64,000 nucleotides of DNA from Kondoa subrosea. Lineage: Eukaryota. Position numbers and translations under genes: made by a program. The stretch lies in assembly GCA_039545335.1 (NCBI GenBank), contig BCIN01000004.1, positions 1,416,925-1,480,924 on the forward strand, in the 5' to 3' direction. This document shows, in pieces, positions 13,733-24,389 of the stretch. The notes under the pieces were generated by a model. It was not told the DNA's origin and did no database searches. It saw only the letters and a program-made list of their open reading frames with translations. Every line of letters starts with the position of its first letter. Position 1 is the stretch's first letter.

Positions 13733-14307
13733 TTCGATGGGAATCCTCCAAAGGGCTAATAAGGCAATCACAGGTCTGGCTTGTCACAGATAGGTATATG
13801 CCGAGTCTGCTGCTGTCTGACAGCAATAGGAGCAAAGTGGCCGTCGCGGAAGAAACTGAGCCTAGTCAGTCAGTCGCCTCATTTGCAAAAAAAGTGATCG
13901 GCATGAATAGCTTTGGTCCTGGACTCCTGACGTCCTCCACTGGCCTCAGGATAATTCACGGATTCACTTGGCCCTGTGACACAGTAGCCGCTCGTACTGG
14001 ACCTGAGAATTGCCAAATGCGTCCAGTCAAGACAGTCGCGAGGCATCAACCTGCTCATGATATTTTGTGCATTCTGTACTCTAGAGGTCAGAGGTCAGAT
14101 GATCTGGTCTCTTCAAACCGTTTACTTTTGCTCTTGGCCTTGCAATTTGCAATAAAAAGGCTAATCGGAATTTCAGTTTGCCGGGACTCTTGATTAACTC
14201 TTTGTGCATTGTGTTGCCTTCGGGCTTTTCCCATACCTTTGTTACTACTCGCGCTACCTCCTCTCCATGCTTTTACTGCTGCTGGAAGGCGATCCTTTGC
14301 ACCGATC

Positions 14308-15923
14308 ATGCCTTTCAGCTCACAGCAGCAGATTGATCAATTCAGGCAGAGGCTGATCAGTACTGCTTATCCACAACATTCAACATCCTTTCTCGTTCAA
14401 TTCATCATCATCTCCTTTGCCCTGGGCTTAGCTGTCTTGTTGCATTGTATTACCATCATCTGTCACCTCAAACGAAAACATCAAAGATGGTTAATCAAGA
14501 AGACATTGATTAATGGACAGGTTTACAGATCACCAAAGTAAGATCAACGTGCGTACGAGAAGACACGTAACTAATACTAAGATTAGCGGTCCACTTTTGT
14601 TCAATGCATGCGCAATCCCGTATAATCTTTGTAAGTACAGTTCGAGACGTGATCCGTCTGAGTTTCGGGCTGAGCGAGATGGCAGTACTCTTCATTGAAG
14701 CTGTCCTCACCTGTTATGCAAGTCGGCATCATGCTCCCCTTTCAACACACATAGTCAATCAAATCTTTCCCTACTGCATCTTATTTGTGGCATGTACGCG
14801 ATTCTTTCAAAGCTGACAGAGATCAAGATAAGCTAACTCTATTGCTAGCCGGCGGATGGATGCTCAGCATGTCTCAAGCTTATGCTGTATGTATAGCAAA
14901 TGCCAACAGCAATAGCAATAGACGATATCCCTCACCTAGAATACTCAATCTTATCACTTATTGGATACCAATTCCGATCTTCATTGGTCTACTAGCGGCT
15001 GCGTGAGTCTCCCTTTCCGAAGTGTAAATCATCGATGTTTACCCAAAATTGATCTCTACTTGCAGAATTATGTGGAGCGTTAGAGCGAGTACATTCTTCT
15101 CATCTGTCGATCAGGCTCTTCGGCTACTCAATTCCGCAAACTCCTCTGGTCTCGTCGATGACCAAATGTCGCAATTTGTGGCCGCTTCCAATACAATTCA
15201 ACAATCAGCTCATGCCTATACCAAGTATCGACGGGTCTTTCAATACTATGTGATGGTCCTATGCTCAATGGACATGATCGCAAGTTTCTTACTTTCGCCT
15301 TTTAGCGTTTTGCTGAACGAAGATACAGGTCTATACACCGCTCTGTATTGCAGTAGTCCGAATGCTTGCTGGAGGAATCAGAGATCAGAATCAAATACAC
15401 CGGAACGCTACGATCAGCAATACCTCATCGCAGGAAGGTGTATTGACCGCTGTACTGCCAATAAATACCAAATATCGATATATCTTTGTGAGTTCGCTTA
15501 TCTTACTCATATACAAGCTTGATACTGATGTGTAATACAGATCATGTATCAATCTGCCATCCTATACCTCTTCAATCTTGGGTTGTTGGCTGCATCGGGA
15601 GTGTCCTTTTCTACTATAAGCCAGGAAGTACCTGTTCAAGTTTACTTCTGGTAGGTCTTCTATTCTATTCGTTCTAATACATCCGACTGATCGTACTTCT
15701 GAAAAGGCAAAACGCTTTCTTCGGTTTAGCAATAGCTTTACCCTTCGCATACGATTCCTTTAGCAAACTTTCGTCATCATCTCGAAGGACCACAACTGTT
15801 GAATGTGCTGCGCTGGAAGAAGTGAATGTACTGAATCAGGCTGAAGACGGTAGCAAGAGGCTCGAAGAGGTGAAATTGGGTTTACCGTTTGATAGGGAGG
15901 AAGAGAAGAGTGGGTCGATGTGA
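14308..15923 (+). CDS. Orphan multi-pass (about 7 TM) membrane protein, GPCR-like topology
   Basis: Manual splicing of about 8 exons keeps one frame to TGA at 15923; seven hydrophobic segments and a hydrophilic C-tail; no family motif recognised. Confidence 0.65.
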
Positions 15924-16162
15924 GCACTGCTGGTTCAGTGTTCAGTCAGAGGTGTACACGACTGGATAGTGTTGCGATAGAACATGTGAATGCTAATGTA
16001 ACATTTCGCTATCCGCCCTGCGATAGGGCTTACATAAGCCAAATGCTCGCCAATAGTTTCATGCTTGTCTGAGACTACTTAGGATCTCTCGCAGCTCGAA
16101 GGCCCGGAGACCTCTCTAACGCAGAAATCTCCAAGTACTAAGGTCATTCGCTACTGACACCC

Positions 16163-16537
16163 ATGGATTCGCTGTCTCACTCTCGAAGGACTCCCTTCCA
16201 TGCTCTGCACACTGTTCCATTGCTTGTCGCATTGGTCAACTCGAGCGCTATCCTATGGCCTCTAATCTCTCCCTCCAGAGCAATGAAGGCGTTTGGCTTT
16301 ACCTCAGAGCGAGCCTCCATTCAAGCATCTCATGCGCCTTTCACTTTGTACTCCTCAAGAGTCTCTGTTATCGGCCTTACCATGTTCTACGCTTATCGTC
16401 AAGGCAATCTTGAAATGGTTGACGCAGTTTTGATGCTGCTTGGTCTCAGCGGCATCACCGATTTCTACACTCTTTGGAGCGAGAATAGCAGGCAGGCGAT
16501 CAATCGGTTTGGTATAGGGATGGGTTTAGGATTGTAG
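16163..16537 (+). CDS. Small integral membrane protein, DUF4267-like; possibly truncated by a premature TAG (reading frame continues to 16573)
   Basis: WPLISPSRAMKAFGF..FTLYSSRVSVIGL..VDAVLMLLGLSGITD..LW; 4-TM pattern typical of fungal DUF4267 proteins. Confidence 0.7.
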   Translation: MDSLSHSRRTPFHALHTVPLLVALVNSSAILWPLISPSRAMKAFGFTSERASIQASHAPFTLYSSRVSVIGLTMFYAYRQGNLEMVDAVLMLLGLSGITDFYTLWSENSRQAINRFGIGMGLGL

Positions 16538-16741
16538 GGTCTCTTAGGTTTGACAGCAAAAGGGCGGCCATGAACATGACACGATCGGTTAGTCAGCACG
16601 TCGAATTAGTCAGAAAGCATTGCTGACGGCATGAGCAGCGATAGAGAGAGAGAACGCATGCTGCGATGAAAGGAAAACAACGAGAGAATGAAAGAATGGC
16701 AAGGGCTTCAGGCAAAGCCTATACCGTTGCAATGATGTATT

Positions 16742-18800
16742 TCATGACAGGCCAGCTGCCACTCTATACTCTGCTACCACCCTCTTCACGTTCTGATCTC
16801 GCGGCTTGAAATGTGCTTCGAAATCAGGTGGGTAGCTAAGAAGACAATCAGCTTGTTTCAAATGCAAAAATCAGAGACATACCAGGGTAAGATGCTGACC
16901 CATTCATCCACATCTTTAGGCGGTAGCACTCGCTTGCCTTCGCTATCTATCGGTGCCTCGATATCAAATGCCCAAAGCAGAGAAGTGAGGAAAAGGTAGA
17001 GAGTAGCTTCGGCCAAATGCATAGCAGAACACGATCTGTACCAATCTCAGTTCAGGTTTTCCTGCGTCACGGCAGAATGAACCCACCGTCTACCCCACCC
17101 AAACGTAGGCAGCTCATTCCTCCGCGTCACACTCTTGCCATCGGGTGAAAGGAATCTTTCTGGTCTGAATTCTTCTGGTTCGGGATAAATCTCTTCATCT
17201 CTGCTCATCGCACTATCCAATACTTTAGCTAGTAATCTCTTTCTTGTCAAGTGTAACTCACTGCAAGTTTGGGAAAACCACTGTTCCTTTGGGAATAAAG
17301 CAACCTTGATAAACATCGTCTTCTAGCGTAGCATGCGAAACACCAATCGGAGCCAAAGTTCTCCATCTCAACACTTCCAAGATCAAGGCTCGAGTATAAG
17401 GTAAATCATTCTTGTCCTCAAAATTGGGTAGCCGATCTCTTCCTACTACTCTATCGATTTCTGCTTGAGCTTGTTGTATTGCTTTTGGGAAATGTAAAGC
17501 TGCGCAAGTAAAGATTCGAAGAACGATTTCAGGTAGCTGTATTTACAAAATGTTAATCAGATTGTCGCAAAAGATTGGAGAAGGATATGAACTTACATCT
17601 CCTCCAGCGGTAAATAAGTTGGCTACAGTGAAAGCCATTTCCAGTTCCGAGAAACCCAATCGTTTAGCTGCATCGGAAGCATACATTCTCGAAAGAATAC
17701 AAGGTTGCACCGTCCCTTTTTCCTGATATCATCTCGTCAGCATCAAACCATAATCATAGAATAGGCCACTAACCAAACCCAATTTCACATCATCTCTAAC
17801 TTTACTCCAAATCTCTTTATCTTCCTCAAAATAACTTTGCGCGATTTTATGAAAAGAACCACCAAGTAACCAACTTGGCCATTTTTTCAGTATAGGATAA
17901 AGGGATAAGAAATCTGCAATAAAAGGTTTTGGTCTAGCTGCTGCTTTTTCTACGTGACCCCAAAGTTGTTCAGAGGTATAGGAAATAGCTCGACCATATG
18001 TTGTTCGAAGAACTAATGCTCGCATTGCTCTGTTGTCATGTCTTTAGTTGCAGGCAAGGAGAAGAGGACTGAAGGAAACGCACCGTTTGTAACACGTATC
18101 TGAATCGTTGGGTGTGAGTAAAAGGTTATGTAGAAGATCAGCAGCTTCATCCGCTTGAGCTTCATCAAAGAGTGGTAGAGCTTGTTGACTGAATTGTTCA
18201 TGAAGGAGTTTCCGAAGTCTCTTCACTCTTAATTGACGAGAAGATTTTAGTCTGGAGCTTATTTCAAGGTAGGAAAAAGGACCAACTTGTCTTGGTTTGA
18301 CATGATGACTAGAATCATCTCTTTATTGACCATCTCATTGATCCAAACAGCTCTCTATCTCATCTCATCAGCTCTGTAGATTCTGATCGGATATAGAACA
18401 CTAACTGGTCTGGCAGCATAGATGTGACCTTTCTTCTCGAGCAGATCTTGAGCTGCCTGAGCACTAGAAATGAATAGATTATACTGTCCAAGAGTTTTGA
18501 CTAGTATAATATCGCCTGTTATCGCACGCCCGCTTCAGCTACATGTATAACATCCAGAAACGAATTATTGGGAACCAAACCTGCTCCTGTTTCTTGTTTC
18601 CATTCCTTCAAGTAATTCCAAATTCTCTTATTCCCATCTAGAGCTTCTCTTGTTTTGCCTAACAACGGTAAACCTTTAGGTGAAGGCGGTAGAGGTAATT
18701 TATTTGTATTGCGAGAATAGATGACATAGATTGAAATGACAAGGAACAGCAGCAGGCTATATGGTAAAGAGGATTGATAAGTAGAGAGCATGTCAATCAT
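16742..18800 (-). CDS. Cytochrome P450 (CYP64-clan-like, multi-exon), atypical I-helix
   Basis: N-terminal anchor plus PLPPSPKGLPLLG; EVLR (ExxR); FRPERF; spliced heme motif FGWGRRSCSAMHLAE. Confidence 0.93.
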
Positions 18801-19197
18801 GTTCTGAGTGGTCGATCAAACTCTGATACAGGTACCGAAATTTCACAAGATGAAACGCACAAAAGAGCAGGACAAAAGGCAAATGTCAAAACATGGGGAA
18901 ATCAAGGAAAAGCACCAGTCACGGCATGTCACGGCATGGAGTGATTGAGACAGCATGTAGACGGCGTATTCATGCTGCAAAAGGTCCCGGAATGCGATAT
19001 AGCTCGAATGTCTTGTTTGACTCGGTGTGTTTTGGCATTGCATTGCATTATTATCGTTCGCTGTATTGCTGACTTCCAGAGAGAGCCGTTGAGCTCATTC
19101 ATTGCAAAGATAAGACTGCCCGAATCTGAGATTCGACGGTGCGAGAGCAACCTGCGTTCGAAAACCAATCTTGTTCCTTTCCTCTCTTGAAGGTACA

Positions 19198-21235
19198 ATG
19201 AGTCGAGCTTCTACATTAGGCTCAGAAGAGCTTCAAACACTTATTCTATCAACTCTAGAAAACTCAGAAATCCCAGATAGTCGAGTCTTGAAATTACTAA
19301 ATGGTCAAGAAATCGGTTCTCAGCCAGATGAGCAGGCCGCTGTCAAGGCTGCTCTAGACAGTTTAGCAGCAAAAGAGGTCAGTCTCTGTTCACTGTTGTT
19401 AGCTGGAAAACAGCTGATCAACGGATGGAGCGACAGATGTTGACTTATACTATGCATTCGACGGAAATATGGCTATTGACGGCGGAAGGTAGTCAAATGG
19501 TTACTTCAGGATCACCAGAGTACTTGGTTTGGCAAGCTGTAGCTGGGAATGGCATGAGCATCAAGGACTTACAGGTCAGCTACTCGTTGGTAATTGCTCT
19601 GACGAGCTTGTTCTTGACGATATGGTGACAGGCGAAACTGGGAGCGGATACTACTAAAGTTGGTCAAGCGAACGCATTCAAGCGGAAGTGGATCTCGAAG
19701 CAGGGAGATATCTTTGTACAAGGCGTGAGTCATGCTTACTTTTCTGATGCAACTACAAGCTGACCCAGTCCGTAGACAACATCAGCGCAAGATACAACCA
19801 AACAAGATCTGGAATCGATACAGAAAGATCAAACATTAAAGGACGCGAAAGCTTTGAGTGAACTGAAACGAAGAACGCTAGTCATTTCAAAGTTCGTTGA
19901 TTATAGCAGTACTCGGATTAAGCTGATCGCGAGAACAGGAAACTACCCTACTACTCAATACAGAAAGGACCGCAGTATTCACCAACCCTAATCAAGTATG
20001 AAACGGATCTTACAGCGGAAATGCTTCAGTCGTGCGTAATCACCAATACGTTGCCTTATTTTGGTCTTAACAACAGTGGTATTGTACAGTGGATCTTGGA
20101 AGAACGCTACTTTCAAAAAATACAACTTCGATGCTGAAGGTGTACCACCAGCTTCAGGCGCTTTGCATCCTCTATTAAGAGTACGAGAGGAGTTCAGAAA
20201 TATTTTCTTCGAAATGGGGTGCGTAGAATTGGAAAAGGTCCCTTGCACAAGTCGTGTGCTTATTTTTCTCCTATCTGTTCACAGATTCTCGGAAATGCCT
20301 GCCAACAAGTTTGTGGAATCGAGTTTCTGGAACTTTGATGCTTTGTTCGTACCGCAGCAACATCCAGCAAGAGAATTGCAAGATACTTTTTACATCAAAG
20401 GTGCTTTTCGGAAGCTTCGTTATCGGTTTTAATATTGATAAGAAGCAATTCTTCGGAGCACAGATCCAGCTTCCTCGGATTCTTTCCCAAAAGAATACAT
20501 GAACAAAGTAAAAGAAGCTCATGAAACTGGATGCGGAGAATCGATTGGTTATCGCTATCAATGGAAGCAATCGGAAGCAGAAAAGATTGTTCTTCGAACT
20601 CACACTACTTCAATATCCGCTGCTATGCTCTACAAACTAGCAAATCAAGAAGGTGGATTCAAACCAGCGAAAATGTTTTCCATCGACAGAGTTTTCAGGA
20701 ACGAAGCTGTTGATGCTACTCATTTAGCAGAGTTTCATCAAGTTGAAGGAGTAGTAGCTGATTATAATATCACTTTGGGTGATTTGATTGGTTTCATGGA
20801 AATCTTCTTTAGCAAAATGGGAATCAAGCAACTAAGGTTCAAGCCAGCTTATAATCCTTACACAGAGGTATGCACTCCTTCTCCTCTTCTTCCTCCTCTT
20901 TACTAAGTACTAATTGATGAATTGGTGAACTACAGCCATCGCTCGAAATCTTCTCTTATCACCCAGGATTAAAGAAATGGGTCGAAATTGGCAACTCAGG
21001 CATTTTCAGACCAGAAATGCTCGAACCAATGGGTTTACCAGAAGGTGTTCGAGTTTTGGGTTGGGGTTTAAGTTTGGAAAGACCTACAATGATTCGATTT
21101 GGTTTGAACAACATTAGGGATCTGGTTGGTCATAAAGTAGGCAACCTTTTGATCTATACACTGAGAGTCGAAAGCTGATGAGAAGGATAGGTACCGCTTG
21201 AGTTGGTCGAGAAGTCAGCGGCTGTCCGATTCTAA
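19198..21235 (+). CDS. FRS2: Cytoplasmic phenylalanyl-tRNA synthetase alpha subunit
   Basis: [107 protein letters not shown]. Confidence 0.97.
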
Positions 21236-22096
21236 TGGCATTCTTTCCGATTCTGGCCTCTTTCTGCAACGTCGTCCTTCACAGCTTTGTCACTGCGAGC
21301 CTTCACTTTCTATGACGCGATGTCTTTTGCCATGTTCGCAAAGTCCTTCTCTACCAAGAAGACGTCAGTCCTGGATATGGATTTGTCTTGCGCTTTCGCT
21401 CTGTCGACAACGACTGCCGCTTGCATGGCGTATATGTTTCTCAAGACTGCTGTCTTGTAGCTTGTTATCTTCCGTCGAGCGTTGCAAGTTGGCTGTCTGT
21501 CAGTCTAGTAGAAAGACGGGTTCCCTTTATTGGGTTATCAGATTGCTGTCGGATTTTATCTTTTAATTTCATTCCTCTACCCTCTATATCCAGAAGTTGT
21601 CCTTTGCTCTTAAACTAATATCTTCTGATCTATTTATCTCTAGACTATCAATATGGTAAGCTCAAGATTTATCCAATCTGCTTCCCGGGCTGATGATTTC
21701 TGTTTAGCCGGAGCCGCAATTCAACGTTCAACAGGATGGCCGTTAGTTGAAATATTCTATGCGAGCATGTTGTCAAGATTGGATCACCTATGACCGAGAT
21801 CCATCTACTTGTCAGGCCCATACGGCCAACTTTGAACGACCAGTGCGTAAGCTGCTTTCCTTCGGACAGATGTAGAGACTCTTGCCTACTTGGGGGATTT
21901 GATCACTCCATCGCTGATTCGAATCAGCAATGACGGGAGCAATGCACTCATAAACTTCTTTCTTTGGACTGGTTTATGCCAATTACCGGACTGGTCCTAT
22001 TTCAGATATACTTTGTGAAAGCGAGCGATGCATAAACGGATATCAAACTGTAAATGAACTTTAATGAAGTGTACTGTATTGATAATGAACGAGCAT

Positions 22097-22244
22097 GAGT
22101 ACTGCATTCTTTTGCGAAACTCGAAAGTCAGCAATCTACAATATGAGCGACCAAGTACATTGGAGCAGTAAGATGTGTAGCTCAGCACTGGAGTCCGTCT
22201 GACTCTGATGATGGACTAAACATCTACTTCTATGGAAAGAAGCA
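22097..22244 (+). repeat. Diverged direct repeat, copy 1 (upstream of STE3)
   Basis: Collinear blocks shared with 24093-24242: tatgagcgaccaagt, attggagcag, tagctcagcact, gatgga.t.aacatct, tct.tggaa.gaagca. Confidence 0.85.
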
Positions 22245-22368
22245 GCATTCCTAGAAAGCAGAAGATGGCATCACCATGATAATGCGTTGCGGTCTTGCCT
22301 TGTCTGCTCCTGAACCGGCGCCGGTGTCATCCCTGTATTCCTCCGTTACAATCCCCCCCTAGCCTTCA

Positions 22369-23799
22369 ATGGTCCACTCTGTGGAGTCTGTGGTTTTCAT
22401 GACCTTCTCGGCTTTGGTCGCTTTCTTGAATATTGCACCTTTCTGTTGGCAAGTGGAACATCGCAACTCTGGTCCTGCGGCGCTTGGATTTTGGGTGATT
22501 CTCTTGAATCTGGTGAATTTCGTGAATTTTTGCGTATCTTAAATAGAATGATGCTAACATCGAACCAATAGATCAACGCATATATTTGGCGGAACGATGC
22601 AATAGACCGCGCGCCTGCTCTGTGCGATGTCTTCAGCCGAGTAAGTTTAGGGAGACCTAGTGAATAGTCTTTATTTTTACATATCTGCAGATTGTCCTTG
22701 CAGCCCCAATAGGGATCATTTGCGCCAACTTGTGCAGCATGCGCTTTCTGGCTCACCTGATCAGTCAACTCGCCAGTCCAGCCCCGTCGCTCCTGGTCCG
22801 CGGCACTCGCTTTCGCAGGGAAATAGTGGACTATTGCTTCTGCATATTCATTCCTGTTCTTCTGGCCGGCTTGCACACTCTTTCCGCTCCAGCGCGATAT
22901 GGCTTAGTCCGCGGACTTGGGTGCACCAATACATGGACCTTATCATGGGTAACATACATCTCATACATCGTTTGGCTGCCACTCCTGTCTTTCATTGGGT
23001 GCCTTTATAGCGGTTTGTCTCCCGCTGCATTAGGTTTATGATTCGCGCGCTGAGTGTTCCTATCTGCGCAGCATACACCTACGCGCGCCTGTTAGCATAC
23101 CGCCGAGAATTAAACGGATTGGTCAATCAATCCAACTCTGCACTGACCACCTCCTGCCTGGTTCGGCTTTCCGCCTTAGGAATTGCATCCATCTGTTTCA
23201 ACACAGTGCTGTCGATTTCCAGTGCGAATAGCATTATCAAAGGAGCAAATGGCTATATCGATTACAACTGGCACTACATTCACCGAGAGGTAGGCGCCCT
23301 TGTATCAGAGCATCTACTTGAGTAATGATCAAAAAACCAGTATTCCTCACTTCTCTACGACACATTCTACGATCTTAGCCTTGCTAATTGGGGTTCGGTG
23401 ATTGCTGGCTTACTGGTCCTCATATTTTTTGGATTTGGCACCGAGGCATCGCTATACTACAAAAAGCTGCTTCACCTTCTAAACCCCCAGAGTTTGGTTG
23501 TTACTCTGAAGAACATAATCAGCCGTCGAAAGCATCGCGAAGAAAGTAGTTCGGCAGCGGAGTACAGCAGGCATACATTTGCACCAATCCCGTAAGTCGT
23601 ATCTAAATGCTGAAGTCATGCACTGAAATCGCCAGCATACAGACTTTGCGATGATGGTGTCCAGACAACGGCTAGGGGCTCGAGTGAAAGCTTCGAGCTT
23701 GCCCGATATGCGATCGGCAATCAAGGTCAAAACTTCAAAGGGTGCCAAAATGCGGATACCGCAGTACTTCTCGAATCACAGTGTCCAGTCTGGCGTTAA
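22369..23799 (+). CDS. STE3: STE3-family (pheromone a-factor-type) G-protein-coupled receptor
   Basis: MVHSVESVVFMTFSALVAFLNIAPFCWQVEHRNSGPAALGFW; INAYIWRNDAIDRAPALCD; ARYGLVRGLGC; RRELNGLVNQSNSALTTSCLVRLSAL; LVLIFFGFGTEASLYY. All are STE3 hallmarks; 3' end (23595 or 23799) depends on the last intron. Confidence 0.92.
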
Positions 23800-24092
23800 C
23801 CACAGAAGCCGCATGACACGCCTTCGAGTCCCTAGCAAGCTGAATGACATATCTGAATAACACTGGGCAAAAGCGACGTATTTTTATGTGAGTATAGGCT
23901 GGATGATTTCTGTAGACGCAATAAACGATATACGAATACGAATTTATGAACTTATGAAAATGCAAAAATCGACTCGCTATCTACAAGATAACTTAGGTGG
24001 GGTTATAAAAACCGCTCACCGCGTCCATTCGTCCCCTGCCTGTGTTTTCACCTCCTGTTGTTGACTCCTCTCTGACTCTCGACTCAGTTCAG

Positions 24093-24242
24093 GAGCACTA
24101 CTATCTCTTGCCAAACTTTCAGCGACGAGTCACTATGAGCGACCAAGTTGTATTGGAGCAGGCAGATCTGTATAGCTCAGCACTAAGTCTAAAGATGGAA
24201 TCAACATCTGTATCACACGCATATCGTCTGTGGAAGGAAGCA
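24093..24242 (+). repeat. Diverged direct repeat, copy 2 (downstream of STE3, upstream of chitinase)
   Basis: Aligns with 22097-22244 with small indels. Confidence 0.85.
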
Positions 24243-24389
24243 ATATAGAAGAAGGTCTCTTAAAGCATCTGGCGCGTTGGTGTCTATTTTCGTGATGATC
24301 AAAGCTCTTCTCTCTTTCTGAGTGCTCTTCCAATCTCAATCATTACTCTCGGTGACTCTACGCGAAACCCACATTCATTCTCGCTCATT

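Noticed and set aside
22143..22202. Short ORFs in the two repeat copies (MSDQVHWSSKMCSSALESV; MSDQVVLEQADLY..) as pheromone precursors
   Set aside because: No C-terminal CAAX, and the reading frame is not conserved between copies because of indels.
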